64,000 nucleotides of DNA, taken from assembly GCA_020352495.1 (NCBI GenBank), contig CP070677.1, forward strand, positions 1,975,418-2,039,417, given 5' to 3'. Position 1 is the first letter of the stretch. Each line of letters opens with the position of its first letter. This document shows positions 38,570 to 47,978 of this stretch, piece by piece. The stretch is from Candidatus Latescibacterota bacterium (lineage in GTDB: Bacteria > Krumholzibacteriota > Krumholzibacteriia > WVZY01). The notes under the pieces are model-generated. The model saw nothing but the letters and a program-made list of their open reading frames with translations, was not told the origin of the DNA and did not search any database. A program made the translations under genes and the position numbers.

Positions 38570-39050
38570 AGAAAAGCCTCCGAAGCTCCAGCAACTTAGC
38601 GACCGGCGAGCTCGCCTCGAGGAGCGGAAAAAATGGCTGAAAAGAGAGATGGGTCGTATTGAGAAAGAGATCGACGCGCTTCATGATCCGTTGCTTTCGC
38701 TTATGAGCGTTCATGGTCTCAAGAATCTCTCTTTAACGGATGGGATAACGATCTATCCGAAGACGGAGCTTTTTTGCTCGAAGATGCCGGAGGTTCCCGG
38801 AGAAGCCATCGTCGCCGCTCTACAAAAGCTCGGCTTGCCGTTCCTCTCGTACTCAACGGCAAAGGTTAAAGAATGGCTCAAGGAGCTTATCGACGAGGCT
38901 GTCGAGAACGGAGAGGCGGAGGCGTTGTTGACGGAAGGGCTTATCTCGGTCTTTCCGCCGGAGCTTCGAAGCATGTTCAAGGTACACGAAAAAACGAAGA
39001 CGGTTGTATTAGGCGCAAAAGCGGAGAAAGGAGCCGACTATCATGGATGA
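38562..39050 (+). CDS. Hypothetical coiled-coil protein
   Basis: The ATG overlaps the helicase stop. The ORF is 162 aa. Confidence 0.4.
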   Translation: MNEEKPPKLQQLSDRRARLEERKKWLKREMGRIEKEIDALHDPLLSLMSVHGLKNLSLTDGITIYPKTELFCSKMPEVPGEAIVAALQKLGLPFLSYSTAKVKEWLKELIDEAVENGEAEALLTEGLISVFPPELRSMFKVHEKTKTVVLGAKAEKGADYHG

Positions 39051-39819
39051 AAAGAAGGCGGTTGCAAAGGTCGAAAAAGGAGGGGCTCTCGCGCGGCAAA
39101 CGAAATTTGCCGCTCTTGATACTTCGCCGGATGAGGTCCGGAGCATTGTCGCGATGAACCTACAAGGGCGCAAGGTAAGCGCCTTCGACCTCGCGCGGAT
39201 CAAGGTTCCCGCCGGGGAAACGACTCACTGGTCGGTAAGAACGCTCGACGGTCCTCAAGCGCACGAGACGATCGAGGGGATCGTTCTTCATTCCCGCGAC
39301 CTTCGCGCGTTTTGGACGGAGCTCGATCCGACCGGCAAGCCTCCCGATTGCAAGTCGGACGATGGGCTTTCCGGGATGGGAGTTCGCTGGGCCGACGACG
39401 ATCCGACGAGCCCTCATGATTGCTCCCAATGCAAATGGGGGCAATTTGAATCGGACCCAAGGGGTAAGCGCGGGCAATATTGTAAGCAGATGCTCGCGAT
39501 CTTCATTCTCATGCCGGATACGTTTCTTCCGACGGTCATCTTCATGCCGCCGACGTCGATCAAGACAACGAGAGATTACCTTTATCGGATGGCGCATTTC
39601 GGCGTTTTACACTATTCGGCGGTGACTCGCTTCGCTCTTGCGCCGGACAAAAATCCGGACGGCAAGCCGTACAATCGGGTCGAATGCAGTCGGGGCGAAC
39701 AACTCAAAAAGGAGACGATCCCGAAGGTAAGGGCGTACATCGATCTCGTTCTTCCGAGCTTGAGCGCGGTCGAGATTACTTCGGATGATGTCGGGCCGGA
39801 CATCAAAGAGGAAGGCTAA
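39043..39819 (+). CDS. Hypothetical protein
   Basis: RBS GAAAGGAGCC. Cys cluster 'CSQCKWGQFESD...YCKQM'. Confidence 0.45.
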   Translation: MDEKKAVAKVEKGGALARQTKFAALDTSPDEVRSIVAMNLQGRKVSAFDLARIKVPAGETTHWSVRTLDGPQAHETIEGIVLHSRDLRAFWTELDPTGKPPDCKSDDGLSGMGVRWADDDPTSPHDCSQCKWGQFESDPRGKRGQYCKQMLAIFILMPDTFLPTVIFMPPTSIKTTRDYLYRMAHFGVLHYSAVTRFALAPDKNPDGKPYNRVECSRGEQLKKETIPKVRAYIDLVLPSLSAVEITSDDVGPDIKEEG

Positions 39820-39846
39820 CCCTTCCCATGACCGACTCTGTGACCT

Positions 39847-39880
39847 CCGGCGGGGCTCCTCGCCGGGGGTCTATTTTTTT
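39847..39880 (+). terminator. Intrinsic terminator
   Basis: Stem CCGGCG/CGCCGG followed by a run of seven T residues. Confidence 0.6.
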
Positions 39881-39900
39881 GGAAAGAGAAGAGGAAGAGG

Positions 39901-41949
39901 ATGTTAGAAGAGGCTCTAAGGCTTGTCCGTGCGGGGATAAGCGTTATACCGATTCGGACCGATGGGTCGAAAGGTCCGGCGATGGAGTCATGGGCTCCTT
40001 ACGTTCAACGGTTGCCGACCGAGGAGGAGCTTCGAGAATGGTTCAACCCGGATCGTCGGGAGCTTGGAATCGCTCATATTTGCGGAATGGTATCCGGCGG
40101 AACGTTCGTCATCGATTTCGAAGACAAAGATACTTTTCGACTTTGGGCGAGCCATGCAAAGGATGCTGTTCCGGATTGGGTCGAAAAGACTTGTACCGTC
40201 GAGACGCCTCGAGGCTACCATGTCCACCTTAAGATCGGCTTCGAGAAGCCCGGCGAGAAGCTCGCGCTTATACCGCAAAAGCGCAAGAAGGGCGAGGAGG
40301 TCGAGATCGTCGGTTACGCGATCATCGAATCTCGGGGGCAGGGACAATACGCAATCCTTCCCGGAAGTCCCGCCGAATGCCATCCGACTCAAATGCGTTA
40401 CGAGTACGTCGAGGGCGACCTCGCCGAGCTCGAGGCGATTGACCGCGAGGACTTCGAGATCCTCCTTCAAATCGCGCGGAGCTTCACGACATATAAGCCG
40501 GAGTCGAAGGGGCTCAAGCGGGGAGCTATCAAGGAAATCCCGAAGGACGATCAACGGCCAGGCACGGATTATTGCCTGCGGGGATCTTGGCCGGAACTCC
40601 TCGAGCGGCATGGTTGGACGTTGCTCCGGAAACATCCGGGGGGAAAAGAGATCTGGAAGCGGCCGGGAAAGACGGATCGCGGGGGGAGCGCAACGCTTGG
40701 CTTTGTCCTCACCGAGCTCGGTCAGGAGCTTTACGTCTTCTCTTGTAACGCCGCTCCCCTCGAGGAAGGTCGATGTTATAACCTATTCGCGGCGCGCGCG
40801 CTCCTTGATTTCGAGGGCGATTTCAAGAAAACTATCGAGGCGGTTATCGCCGAAGGATACGGCAAGTCGGCGAGCGAGCATTATCTTAAGCTTACGAAGA
40901 CCGCAATAGATATCGTTCGGGATAAGATCGCTCGGGGAGACGAGCTTTTCCCGGAGATCATGCAATCGGCGTTCTCCGGGGATGCGAAGTTCCAGCGGGT
41001 CTGGCAAAAGCGCCGAGCGGACTTTGGAACGTCTTGGAGTCGTTACGATGGTTCCTTGCTTTGGTACGCGCAAACCCATGGAGTTCAAGGGCATCAAATC
41101 GAGATCGGTGTCGGCATGGTTTACGCTTGGCGCAAGAAGCATTCCCTCTCCGTTGAGCCGGCGCTTGACATCAACTATATCGCTCGGAAGGTTCAATTTC
41201 TCGCCGAGAACGCTTCAAAGTCCGAGGACGAGGCTGTCGAAAGCCTCGAATTCGAGGCGCGGGGGGACGATTCAAACAATCACGTTAAAGCCGCTCAGGA
41301 GTACATCCATCCCGATTTTAGGGGGATCAAACAATACGGCGGGGATGCGACCGCGACGTTCCTCGTTACCTGGGCGGGCGACTATACGACGCGGATCTCG
41401 AGCATCCATGATCTTTGTACGGCGCAAACGTTCTGGGAGGCGGCTTTGACGACGGTTCCGAGTTTCACGGGCTTTGCCTCTCCGCTTTGCTTTAAGCCGC
41501 AAGTTTGGAGAAACAACATTATCCCGAGCCTCAAGGTCATCATCGTCGAGCTCGGTATCGAGGGCGTTGAAATCACCGAGGACAATCAAACCATGGAAAC
41601 GCTTTTCGATTACCTCGCTTCGGTTACGATCTATACCGAAGGCGGCGAGCGGGAAAGTTGGGATCAAGGTTTGATAAACAACGATCCGATCCAGCGTAAC
41701 GGAGCAATTGCCATCAACCTCATGAGTTTTATTCGTTGGGCGGACAAGTCGCGAGGGATCAAGATCAAGCGCCATCGGACATGGCCGATTCTCCGGGAGC
41801 GCGGCTTTCGGAAATGTACGATCACCGGAACGCCATCGGGAAAGAAGGAGCAGGCGAAGTATTGGGAAGTCTCGCTCAAGATTCTTAACGAGCAACGGAA
41901 AAGCCTTGCGTTCGATCAGCTCGAGGAACAGGCTAATGTTCCGTTTTGA
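39901..41949 (+). CDS. Bifunctional primase-polymerase (Prim-Pol) domain protein
   Basis: The N-terminus 'GISVIPIRTDGSKGP...ELGIAHICGMVSGGTFVIDFEDKD...VETPRGYHVHLKIG' matches the Prim-Pol catalytic signature. Confidence 0.7.
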   Translation: MLEEALRLVRAGISVIPIRTDGSKGPAMESWAPYVQRLPTEEELREWFNPDRRELGIAHICGMVSGGTFVIDFEDKDTFRLWASHAKDAVPDWVEKTCTVETPRGYHVHLKIGFEKPGEKLALIPQKRKKGEEVEIVGYAIIESRGQGQYAILPGSPAECHPTQMRYEYVEGDLAELEAIDREDFEILLQIARSFTTYKPESKGLKRGAIKEIPKDDQRPGTDYCLRGSWPELLERHGWTLLRKHPGGKEIWKRPGKTDRGGSATLGFVLTELGQELYVFSCNAAPLEEGRCYNLFAARALLDFEGDFKKTIEAVIAEGYGKSASEHYLKLTKTAIDIVRDKIARGDELFPEIMQSAFSGDAKFQRVWQKRRADFGTSWSRYDGSLLWYAQTHGVQGHQIEIGVGMVYAWRKKHSLSVEPALDINYIARKVQFLAENASKSEDEAVESLEFEARGDDSNNHVKAAQEYIHPDFRGIKQYGGDATATFLVTWAGDYTTRISSIHDLCTAQTFWEAALTTVPSFTGFASPLCFKPQVWRNNIIPSLKVIIVELGIEGVEITEDNQTMETLFDYLASVTIYTEGGERESWDQGLINNDPIQRNGAIAINLMSFIRWADKSRGIKIKRHRTWPILRERGFRKCTITGTPSGKKEQAKYWEVSLKILNEQRKSLAFDQLEEQANVPF

Positions 41950-41959
41950 GGAATAGGCT

Positions 41960-43567
41960 ATGAAAGAGTTTCGCGTTTTTGGTCCGCCGGGGACGGGAAA
42001 AACGACTTACCTCTCTAAGCAAATCAAGAGGGCTGTCGATAAGACCGATCAAATCATGGTCGCCTCGTTTACGCGCGCTGCGGCGATCGAGCTTACCGGC
42101 CGGGACTTACCGATCTCCAAGCATCGCATCGGTACGCTTCATTCATTTTGTTATCGGAGCTTGGGATATCCGGAGATCGCGGATACGCCGAAATGGTGCA
42201 AGAAATGGAACGAGCTATGGAGCAACCCGGAATGGAAGCTCTCCGGCTCGAAGACGAGCGTCGAAGACCCGTGGGGCTTCGATATCGTCCGCCGGTCGGA
42301 TGCCGACGCTTGGCTCCAAGAATACAGCCGGCTTCGAACGGCGCTTATCCCTCGAGAAAGATGGCGAAGCAAATCCGTGATTGCCTTCGCCGAGCATTGG
42401 GATGCTTGGAAGCGGGAGAACGATCTTCTCGATTTCACCGATCTTATTCTCGTTTGCCTCGAGAAGGTTCCGCGTCCGCCGTTCCACGTTGACATCGGCT
42501 TTTTCGACGAAGTTCAGGACTTCTCGCCGGCGGAATTGGCTCTCGTCCGGAAATGGGGCTCGACCTTCGAGCGATCGATCGTCCTCGCGGGGGACGACGA
42601 TCAAACGATTTACGCCTTCCGCGGGTCGGTCCCGGACGCTTTCCTCTTTCCGGGGCTCCCCGAGGATCATATCAAGATCCTGGGGCAAAGCTACCGGCTC
42701 CCTCGGGCGATCAAGAAGCTTGCCGACAAATGGATCCGGGGCGTCGAGCGACGCCAAGAGAAGCCGTTTGAGGCGCGAGACGAGCCTGGCTCGGTCTCGC
42801 CGATTCGCGGCAACGCGAGCATGGCGGGGGAGATCGTCAAAAAGGCTTACGAGCTCGCGGGCTCGGGAGAAAGCGTCATGATCCTCGGCTCTTGCTCTTT
42901 CATGCTCGAGTCGGCGATCTCGGCGATGAAGATGGAGGGGATCCCGTTCCATAATCCGTACCGACCGACGAACGGGGCGTGGAATCCTTGGCGCGGAGGG
43001 ATCGACCGGCTTCAAAACTTTCTTACCGACGATATCGAGCTTTGGGGGAACTTGACCAAGGAGCATACTTGGAAGTCGGTCTGGCGATGGTTTGAGCTTA
43101 TCAATACGAAAACGGCGAAGCCGAACCGGGGCGCGAAGCGTTACGTTAAGATGCTCGCGACCGACGACAAGTCCGCCGATGTTCCTTTGAAGCCGGAAGA
43201 CTGGGCGGAGCTCGGCATCAAGCCTCCGGAAGGGAATCTCGAATGGCTACAAAAACACATCCTCTCTCGGCATGAGTCTCTCATGGCGTTTCCCTTTCAA
43301 GTCGTCCGGAAGCGCGGGATTCGGGCGCTCGCGGAAAAGCCTCAGATCGTCGTCGGTACAATCCATAGTGTAAAAGGCGGGCAAGCGGAAAATGTAATCT
43401 TGCTCCCGGACATCTCCTATGCGGCCGAATGCGAGGTCGTCGAGAAGGGGAGGCCGCTCCGGGATGCGTTGCGAAGGCTTTGGTATGTCGGAGTAACAAG
43501 AGCGCGCCGGCGGCTCTTCGTCGCGGATGCGATGAATCCCGGGCGAACGGTACACGCAAACGTATAA
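41960..43567 (+). CDS. UvrD/Rep-like SF1 helicase
   Basis: Walker A 'GPPGTGKTT'; 'VLAGDDDQTIY' (UvrD motif); 'TIHSVKGGQAENVILL' (motif VI). Confidence 0.75.
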   Translation: MKEFRVFGPPGTGKTTYLSKQIKRAVDKTDQIMVASFTRAAAIELTGRDLPISKHRIGTLHSFCYRSLGYPEIADTPKWCKKWNELWSNPEWKLSGSKTSVEDPWGFDIVRRSDADAWLQEYSRLRTALIPRERWRSKSVIAFAEHWDAWKRENDLLDFTDLILVCLEKVPRPPFHVDIGFFDEVQDFSPAELALVRKWGSTFERSIVLAGDDDQTIYAFRGSVPDAFLFPGLPEDHIKILGQSYRLPRAIKKLADKWIRGVERRQEKPFEARDEPGSVSPIRGNASMAGEIVKKAYELAGSGESVMILGSCSFMLESAISAMKMEGIPFHNPYRPTNGAWNPWRGGIDRLQNFLTDDIELWGNLTKEHTWKSVWRWFELINTKTAKPNRGAKRYVKMLATDDKSADVPLKPEDWAELGIKPPEGNLEWLQKHILSRHESLMAFPFQVVRKRGIRALAEKPQIVVGTIHSVKGGQAENVILLPDISYAAECEVVEKGRPLRDALRRLWYVGVTRARRRLFVADAMNPGRTVHANV

Positions 43568-43581
43568 GAAAGGAGTCGATC

Positions 43582-43803
43582 ATGTCAAGAATCCTCGGGC
43601 CGGACGAGAAGCCCGTACACGAGCCGACGGAGCCAAAAATCAACATTGGCTTCATGCCAGAGAAGGGGCTTCTTACCTTGCAAGTCGGCGGCGGCGAGCG
43701 GGTCGGCGTTCCTTGGTTGCAGGGACTTGCAATCGCTTACAAGATAATCGGAATGATTACGGGTTATCTCGTGAAAGTTCAAAACGGAATGGAGCAGTCA
43801 TGA
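43582..43803 (+). CDS. Small hypothetical protein
   Basis: RBS AGGAG. The ORF is 74 aa. Confidence 0.4.
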   Translation: MSRILGPDEKPVHEPTEPKINIGFMPEKGLLTLQVGGGERVGVPWLQGLAIAYKIIGMITGYLVKVQNGMEQS

Positions 43804-43937
43804 TTCTTCCCATCGTCGTCATTGTTGGGGTCTTTGCTCTCGGCTCTTTCTTGATTTTCTATAGCCTGGTTTCGGTTGGCTCTCGAGGCGATATCGATCC
43901 CGAGGTGTTTTATCGACGAAATCGGCGCTCTTCTTGA
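43800..43937 (+). CDS. Small membrane protein
   Basis: ATGA overlap. A single transmembrane (TM) helix 'ILPIVVIVGVFALGSFLIFYSLV'. Confidence 0.35.
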   Translation: MILPIVVIVGVFALGSFLIFYSLVSVGSRGDIDPEVFYRRNRRSS

Positions 43938-44466
43938 GAAGCTCGCTGATCGAATTCTTCTCGAAGTTCATCGGGAACAGCGAGCGCTTATCGCGGAAGC
44001 CTTGATGACTCATACCTCGGCGTTGATCGAGACGCTTCGCGGATTGCGAAACGAAGATCGCGAGCTTACCGGGAATTGGGATCGGGTTACGCTTCCTCGT
44101 CGCATTCTTGAGGCGATCGAAGATGGGAAGTCATCTGGTCTTTGGATCCTTCTAAAGCGCAACGCCGCGACCGAAGCTTTAGGATCGACGAAGTTCAACG
44201 TTTCCAAAGCATCATCTCTTTTGGATATAAGTCGACGGACGATGCATCTTTGGGCGAAGGAATTCCATTTGACTAAGGAAGGATTGAATGGCTATGAGAC
44301 CGAAGAGAAGGTCCGACCGTGGCGCGATCAAGAGCGCGATTTGGTTATCGTTCTTCTCAAAAAATACGAGGGAGATCATGAGATCATCTCGAAGCGGATG
44401 GGGATCGAGCCGAAAACGTTGAGGAGCAAAATCGCTTATTACAATCTTCGAAATTTTCGAACTTGA
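43876..44466 (+). CDS. Putative helix-turn-helix (HTH) DNA-binding regulator
   Basis: Fis-like HTH 'NVSKASSLLDISRRTMHLWAKEF'. The start is uncertain because it overlaps the upstream ORF. Confidence 0.45.
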   Translation: MALEAISIPRCFIDEIGALLEKLADRILLEVHREQRALIAEALMTHTSALIETLRGLRNEDRELTGNWDRVTLPRRILEAIEDGKSSGLWILLKRNAATEALGSTKFNVSKASSLLDISRRTMHLWAKEFHLTKEGLNGYETEEKVRPWRDQERDLVIVLLKKYEGDHEIISKRMGIEPKTLRSKIAYYNLRNFRT

Positions 44467-44507
44467 CCTCGAGGGGTTCAGAGGTATAATGCGACTGGAG
44501 AATAGAC

Positions 44508-44813
44508 ATGAGCAAGCCGGAAAACGTTGTCCTCCTTTATATCGTTGCGAAGATCGATCCGGGAACCTTTTCCCTTGGCGTCGATGGCGTTGTCGAGGTC
44601 GCAACGAAGTTCCTTCAGGAGTTATTCAAGCGTCAAGAGACATTCTCTCAAGCCGCGACCATCGTCGAAAACGCGCTTTCGGATTTCGGCGTTTCGATCG
44701 AGTTCGTTGAGGGGACGGAGCTCCTCGAAAATTTCGGGGAGGAGCATTGGGGGGGCTCCGAAGTTGACTCCATCATCTTGGATGACGACGCCGGCAACGA
44801 CGATAACGATTGA
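44508..44813 (+). CDS. Acidic hypothetical protein
   Basis: The ORF is 101 aa with a poly-acidic C-terminus. Confidence 0.45.
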   Translation: MSKPENVVLLYIVAKIDPGTFSLGVDGVVEVATKFLQELFKRQETFSQAATIVENALSDFGVSIEFVEGTELLENFGEEHWGGSEVDSIILDDDAGNDDND

Positions 44814-44832
44814 TCACTCTTCACTTCTTTTT

Positions 44833-44877
44833 CGCCGGTCTCTCGGATAACACGCGCTTCCGAGAGCCGGCTTTTTT
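44833..44877 (+). terminator. Intrinsic terminator
   Basis: Stem GCCGGTCTCTCGG/CCGAGAGCCGGC followed by a run of seven T residues. Confidence 0.75.
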
Positions 44878-44971
44878 TGATGATCCCGCAAAAACTCGCC
44901 GCCGTAAGTCTCGATTTATGACAGATTAAGGACTTACGATCAAAAAATCCGCATTTTTTCGAAATTGGGGA

Positions 44972-45000
44972 TTGACTCTCCGGCTTCAGTAGTGTAATAT
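44972..45000 (+). promoter_or_regulatory. Sigma70-type promoter
   Basis: TTGACT, 17-nt spacer, TAATAT. Confidence 0.65.
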
Positions 45001-45227
45001 AACAGAAGAGTTGAGCGAGACTCGACTCGAGCTCTTTGAAAAAAAGTTTTCGACCGCGCGGCCCTACAGGGAAACCCAGGGGAAGCTTAGTTCGGGCGGT
45101 AAGCGAGGGACGGCGAAAGCGCCTCGGGTCGAGAAGGTTGATCACCTTAGATCAGGAGACTGGGGGAGCCGCCGAGAAAGGGCTCTCCCACCAAAACTCA
45201 AGCAACCCTAACCGAAAGGACCTAACC

Positions 45228-45509
45228 ATGAGTAACGCAATTCGAGTCGTCAACGAGAGCACCGGAAAGCGGTTCTTCGTAACAAGCCTCCTCAAGGCGC
45301 AAGCTTATCGGGACAAGCACGAGGGCGAGCTCGTCGCCTTCTATTCGGTCAACCATTCGGACGCAAGCCAAGAGGTACTCCTCGGCGAGAGTGCGGCGCG
45401 GTTCAACGAAAGAGAGGAGCGAAAGGAGCGAGCCAAGAAGCGTTATCCGGTACGGCGGAAGGACGGAAGAATCGTCAACGTTACGATACCCGAAGACGAG
45501 AGGAACTAA
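45228..45509 (+). CDS. Hypothetical protein
   Basis: Preceded by 'CAACCCTAACCGAAAGGACC'. Confidence 0.45.
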   Translation: MSNAIRVVNESTGKRFFVTSLLKAQAYRDKHEGELVAFYSVNHSDASQEVLLGESAARFNEREERKERAKKRYPVRRKDGRIVNVTIPEDERN

Positions 45510-45512
45510 GCC

Positions 45513-45719
45513 ATGACGAATCAAAAAGAACTCAAAGCAACGTACGACGAGATCCGCGCGCTCCAAGAGGAGCGCGCTCGTCATTCCGATTGGGAGTCGA
45601 TCAACAAGATCGACTCTCGGATCGGGCTCCTCGACGAGCACGCCGAGTTCCTTACCGAGCTCCTTATCGAAGAGGAGCTCGGAGACGCTTTCGTCGAACT
45701 TTTTTCCGCTTCCAACTAA
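45513..45719 (+). CDS. Hypothetical protein
   Basis: The ORF is 68 aa. Confidence 0.4.
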   Translation: MTNQKELKATYDEIRALQEERARHSDWESINKIDSRIGLLDEHAEFLTELLIEEELGDAFVELFSASN

Positions 45720-45736
45720 CCCGAAAGGAGCCGATC

Positions 45737-45997
45737 ATGGCTACGCCTAACCTCACAATCGTCTTTGTCGTTCTCGAGTCTTGTATTCAACCTTCCGGCG
45801 CTTACTCGCGCGTCCGGGGGCGCTTCTCCTCTCAAGAGAAGGCGGTCGAACATACCAGCGCGATCGATTGGATCGGGCCGGAGTTCGGGATTCAGCGCGA
45901 CCGCGAGATGGTCGTCTATCAACGGACGACATACGCGCAAACCGGCAAGACCCTTCGCCGGAGAGTTTACCGACGTCCGCTCGGGCGGGACCTTTAA
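45737..45997 (+). CDS. Hypothetical protein
   Basis: RBS CCGAAAGGAGCC. Confidence 0.45.
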   Translation: MATPNLTIVFVVLESCIQPSGAYSRVRGRFSSQEKAVEHTSAIDWIGPEFGIQRDREMVVYQRTTYAQTGKTLRRRVYRRPLGRDL

Positions 45998-46065
45998 GGT
46001 CCCGGGAGCCGGCGGTCCTCCCCAAAGACCGTCACCAAAAGCAACCCTAACCGAAAGGAGCCGTC

Positions 46066-46788
46066 ATGCGTAAACTTACAACCCGGAAAGGCCGAAGCGT
46101 CGACACGCCGTTTTCAAACGAAGAAGCGCTCGCGAGACTTCGCGAGATGTACGCCGAGGGGCGCGCCGGGAGGTTCGGCGCAGACCTCGTTCGCAAGTCG
46201 GCGGAGCACGGGCTTTCCGTCGATCAGATGACTTGGGTACATATCCTCGTCGTCGAAGCCGAAGAGCCGAAGCGGACGGTTAAGCTCGAGGCGATCGTCA
46301 GAGTTCTCCAGCGCGCTCGAGACAACGGCCTTAAGCATCCCAAGGTTCGCCTCTCTTGGGGCAACGGAGAGCCGCTCGCGCTCTCCCTGGCCGGCGAGCG
46401 GTCGCGTTACCCGGGAACGGTCAACGTTACCGACGGCGGATCGTACGGCAATAATCGCTGGTTCGGGCGGATCGAGCTCGACGGCGATTACTCGCCTCGC
46501 CGAGGCGTGCCGGCCGAGGTCGTCGAAGCGCTCGAGAAGTTCAACGCCGCTCCAGCCGAGACTGGATCCTTACACGGGCGATTGACCGGCCGATGTTGCT
46601 TTTGCGGCCGGGACCTCGAGACGAAAGAATCGGTCGGCGTCGGATACGGGCCGGTTTGCGCCGATCGCTACGGGCTCCCTTGGGGCCGAGTCGATCTCTA
46701 TCAACTCAAGAAGGACAAAGCGATCGAGGTCGAGTCGACTAAGGTCGACGTCAAAGCGGATCGCGCGATCGAAGTCGAAGCGGCATGA
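46066..46788 (+). CDS. Hypothetical protein with C-terminal CxxC...C motif
   Basis: RBS CCGAAAGGAGCC. 'GRCCFCGRDL...GYGPVCADRYG'. Confidence 0.5.
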   Translation: MRKLTTRKGRSVDTPFSNEEALARLREMYAEGRAGRFGADLVRKSAEHGLSVDQMTWVHILVVEAEEPKRTVKLEAIVRVLQRARDNGLKHPKVRLSWGNGEPLALSLAGERSRYPGTVNVTDGGSYGNNRWFGRIELDGDYSPRRGVPAEVVEALEKFNAAPAETGSLHGRLTGRCCFCGRDLETKESVGVGYGPVCADRYGLPWGRVDLYQLKKDKAIEVESTKVDVKADRAIEVEAA

Positions 46789-46883
46789 AGGATCGGGGCT
46801 CTCGAGGGAAGAATGGGCCAATGCCGGAGTCGTTACAGGTTTCGGGACCTCGGGAGCCTTTTTAGATACGAAAGGAGCCAAGA

Positions 46884-47123
46884 ATGAGCAACGAACTCCC
46901 CGAGCCGGTTTACGCTTGGGCAATTGACGTTCACGATTCGACCGGCGCGGTCGTCGAGACGATCGACGAGATCGAGACCGAGGAGGAGGCGCTTAAGCGT
47001 CTCAAGGAGATCGAGGTCGACTCGGAACACGAGCTCGATTGCGAGATGTACGAGTATTGTTGGGGCGAGACTTGGGATGGCGTCGAATTCATACCGGACA
47101 AGTCCGTAAGGATCGTTTTTTGA
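46884..47123 (+). CDS. Acidic hypothetical protein
   Basis: RBS CGAAAGGAGCC. Confidence 0.45.
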   Translation: MSNELPEPVYAWAIDVHDSTGAVVETIDEIETEEEALKRLKEIEVDSEHELDCEMYEYCWGETWDGVEFIPDKSVRIVF

Positions 47124-47155
47124 CCCGTAAGGTGACCCGCAACCCTGCGGCAATA

Positions 47156-47193
47156 GAGCGCCTCGCTGCGGGCTCCGGGGCGCTCGTTTTTTT
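47156..47193 (+). terminator. Intrinsic terminator
   Basis: Stem GAGCGCC/GGCGCTC followed by a run of seven T residues. Confidence 0.7.
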
Positions 47194-47209
47194 ACCTTGG
47201 AGGTTAGCG

Positions 47210-47446
47210 ATGGAGTACATTCCGATTGCAACGATCGAACTTGACCACAACGCCGGACGGGGGACGGTCCTCGCGAAGTACGACGGCGAGACGTATCGAC
47301 TCCTCGTCGAGGCTCTCGATGGGGAGCTTGAGGATCCCGGACACATGCCGGTCTTTACGCTCGAGGAGGCTTGCCGAGACGCCTTGCGGATGTGGCCGGT
47401 CGAGATTTGGGGGCTCGAGACGTTAGACGCTTGGGTGGTTTGCTAA
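47210..47446 (+). CDS. Hypothetical protein
   Basis: RBS GGAGG. It follows an intrinsic terminator. Confidence 0.45.
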   Translation: MEYIPIATIELDHNAGRGTVLAKYDGETYRLLVEALDGELEDPGHMPVFTLEEACRDALRMWPVEIWGLETLDAWVVC

Positions 47447-47447
47447 G

Positions 47448-47978
47448 ATGGAAGCCTTCGAAGATCCAAATAGCGAAGGCAATTCTTCGAAGCACCAGAC
47501 CGGCGAGACTTGTATCGAGCCGGGTTGCGACGGGCCGGCGGGGACCGCATGGTCGCCATATTGGTGTCAACCTTGTAACGCCGAGCGGATACGGCGGATA
47601 ACAAAGCAACTAACCGAGATTGGAGAAGCCATGAGAGTACAAATTAAGAAGCCGATCGAGGATGCCTCAGATCGGGCGGATAGATGGAATCAATACCGGC
47701 GGGACCTCGATCATGCGAAGGCGGTTCTCGACGACGAGCATAGGACCGAGTTCAAGGATCCGGCGGAGGAGCTCAAGGCAAACCTACGGGCGGCGGCAAC
47801 AGAAGGGAGACTCGAGGCCGCAGGGCGGGCGGACGTTCAACTCGGAGCGGTAATCGAGATCGTCTATACCTTGAAACACGCAATCGAGGAATATTGCGAC
47901 GACGAGACAATCAAGAAAATCGAGGCTTATTACGAAGATTGTATGGCGACACCGACCAAGAAAGGAGCCAAGCCATGA
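47448..47978 (+). CDS. Hypothetical protein (CxxC...CxxC)
   Basis: 'CIEPGCDGP...CQPCNAE'. Confidence 0.45.
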   Translation: MEAFEDPNSEGNSSKHQTGETCIEPGCDGPAGTAWSPYWCQPCNAERIRRITKQLTEIGEAMRVQIKKPIEDASDRADRWNQYRRDLDHAKAVLDDEHRTEFKDPAEELKANLRAAATEGRLEAAGRADVQLGAVIEIVYTLKHAIEEYCDDETIKKIEAYYEDCMATPTKKGAKP

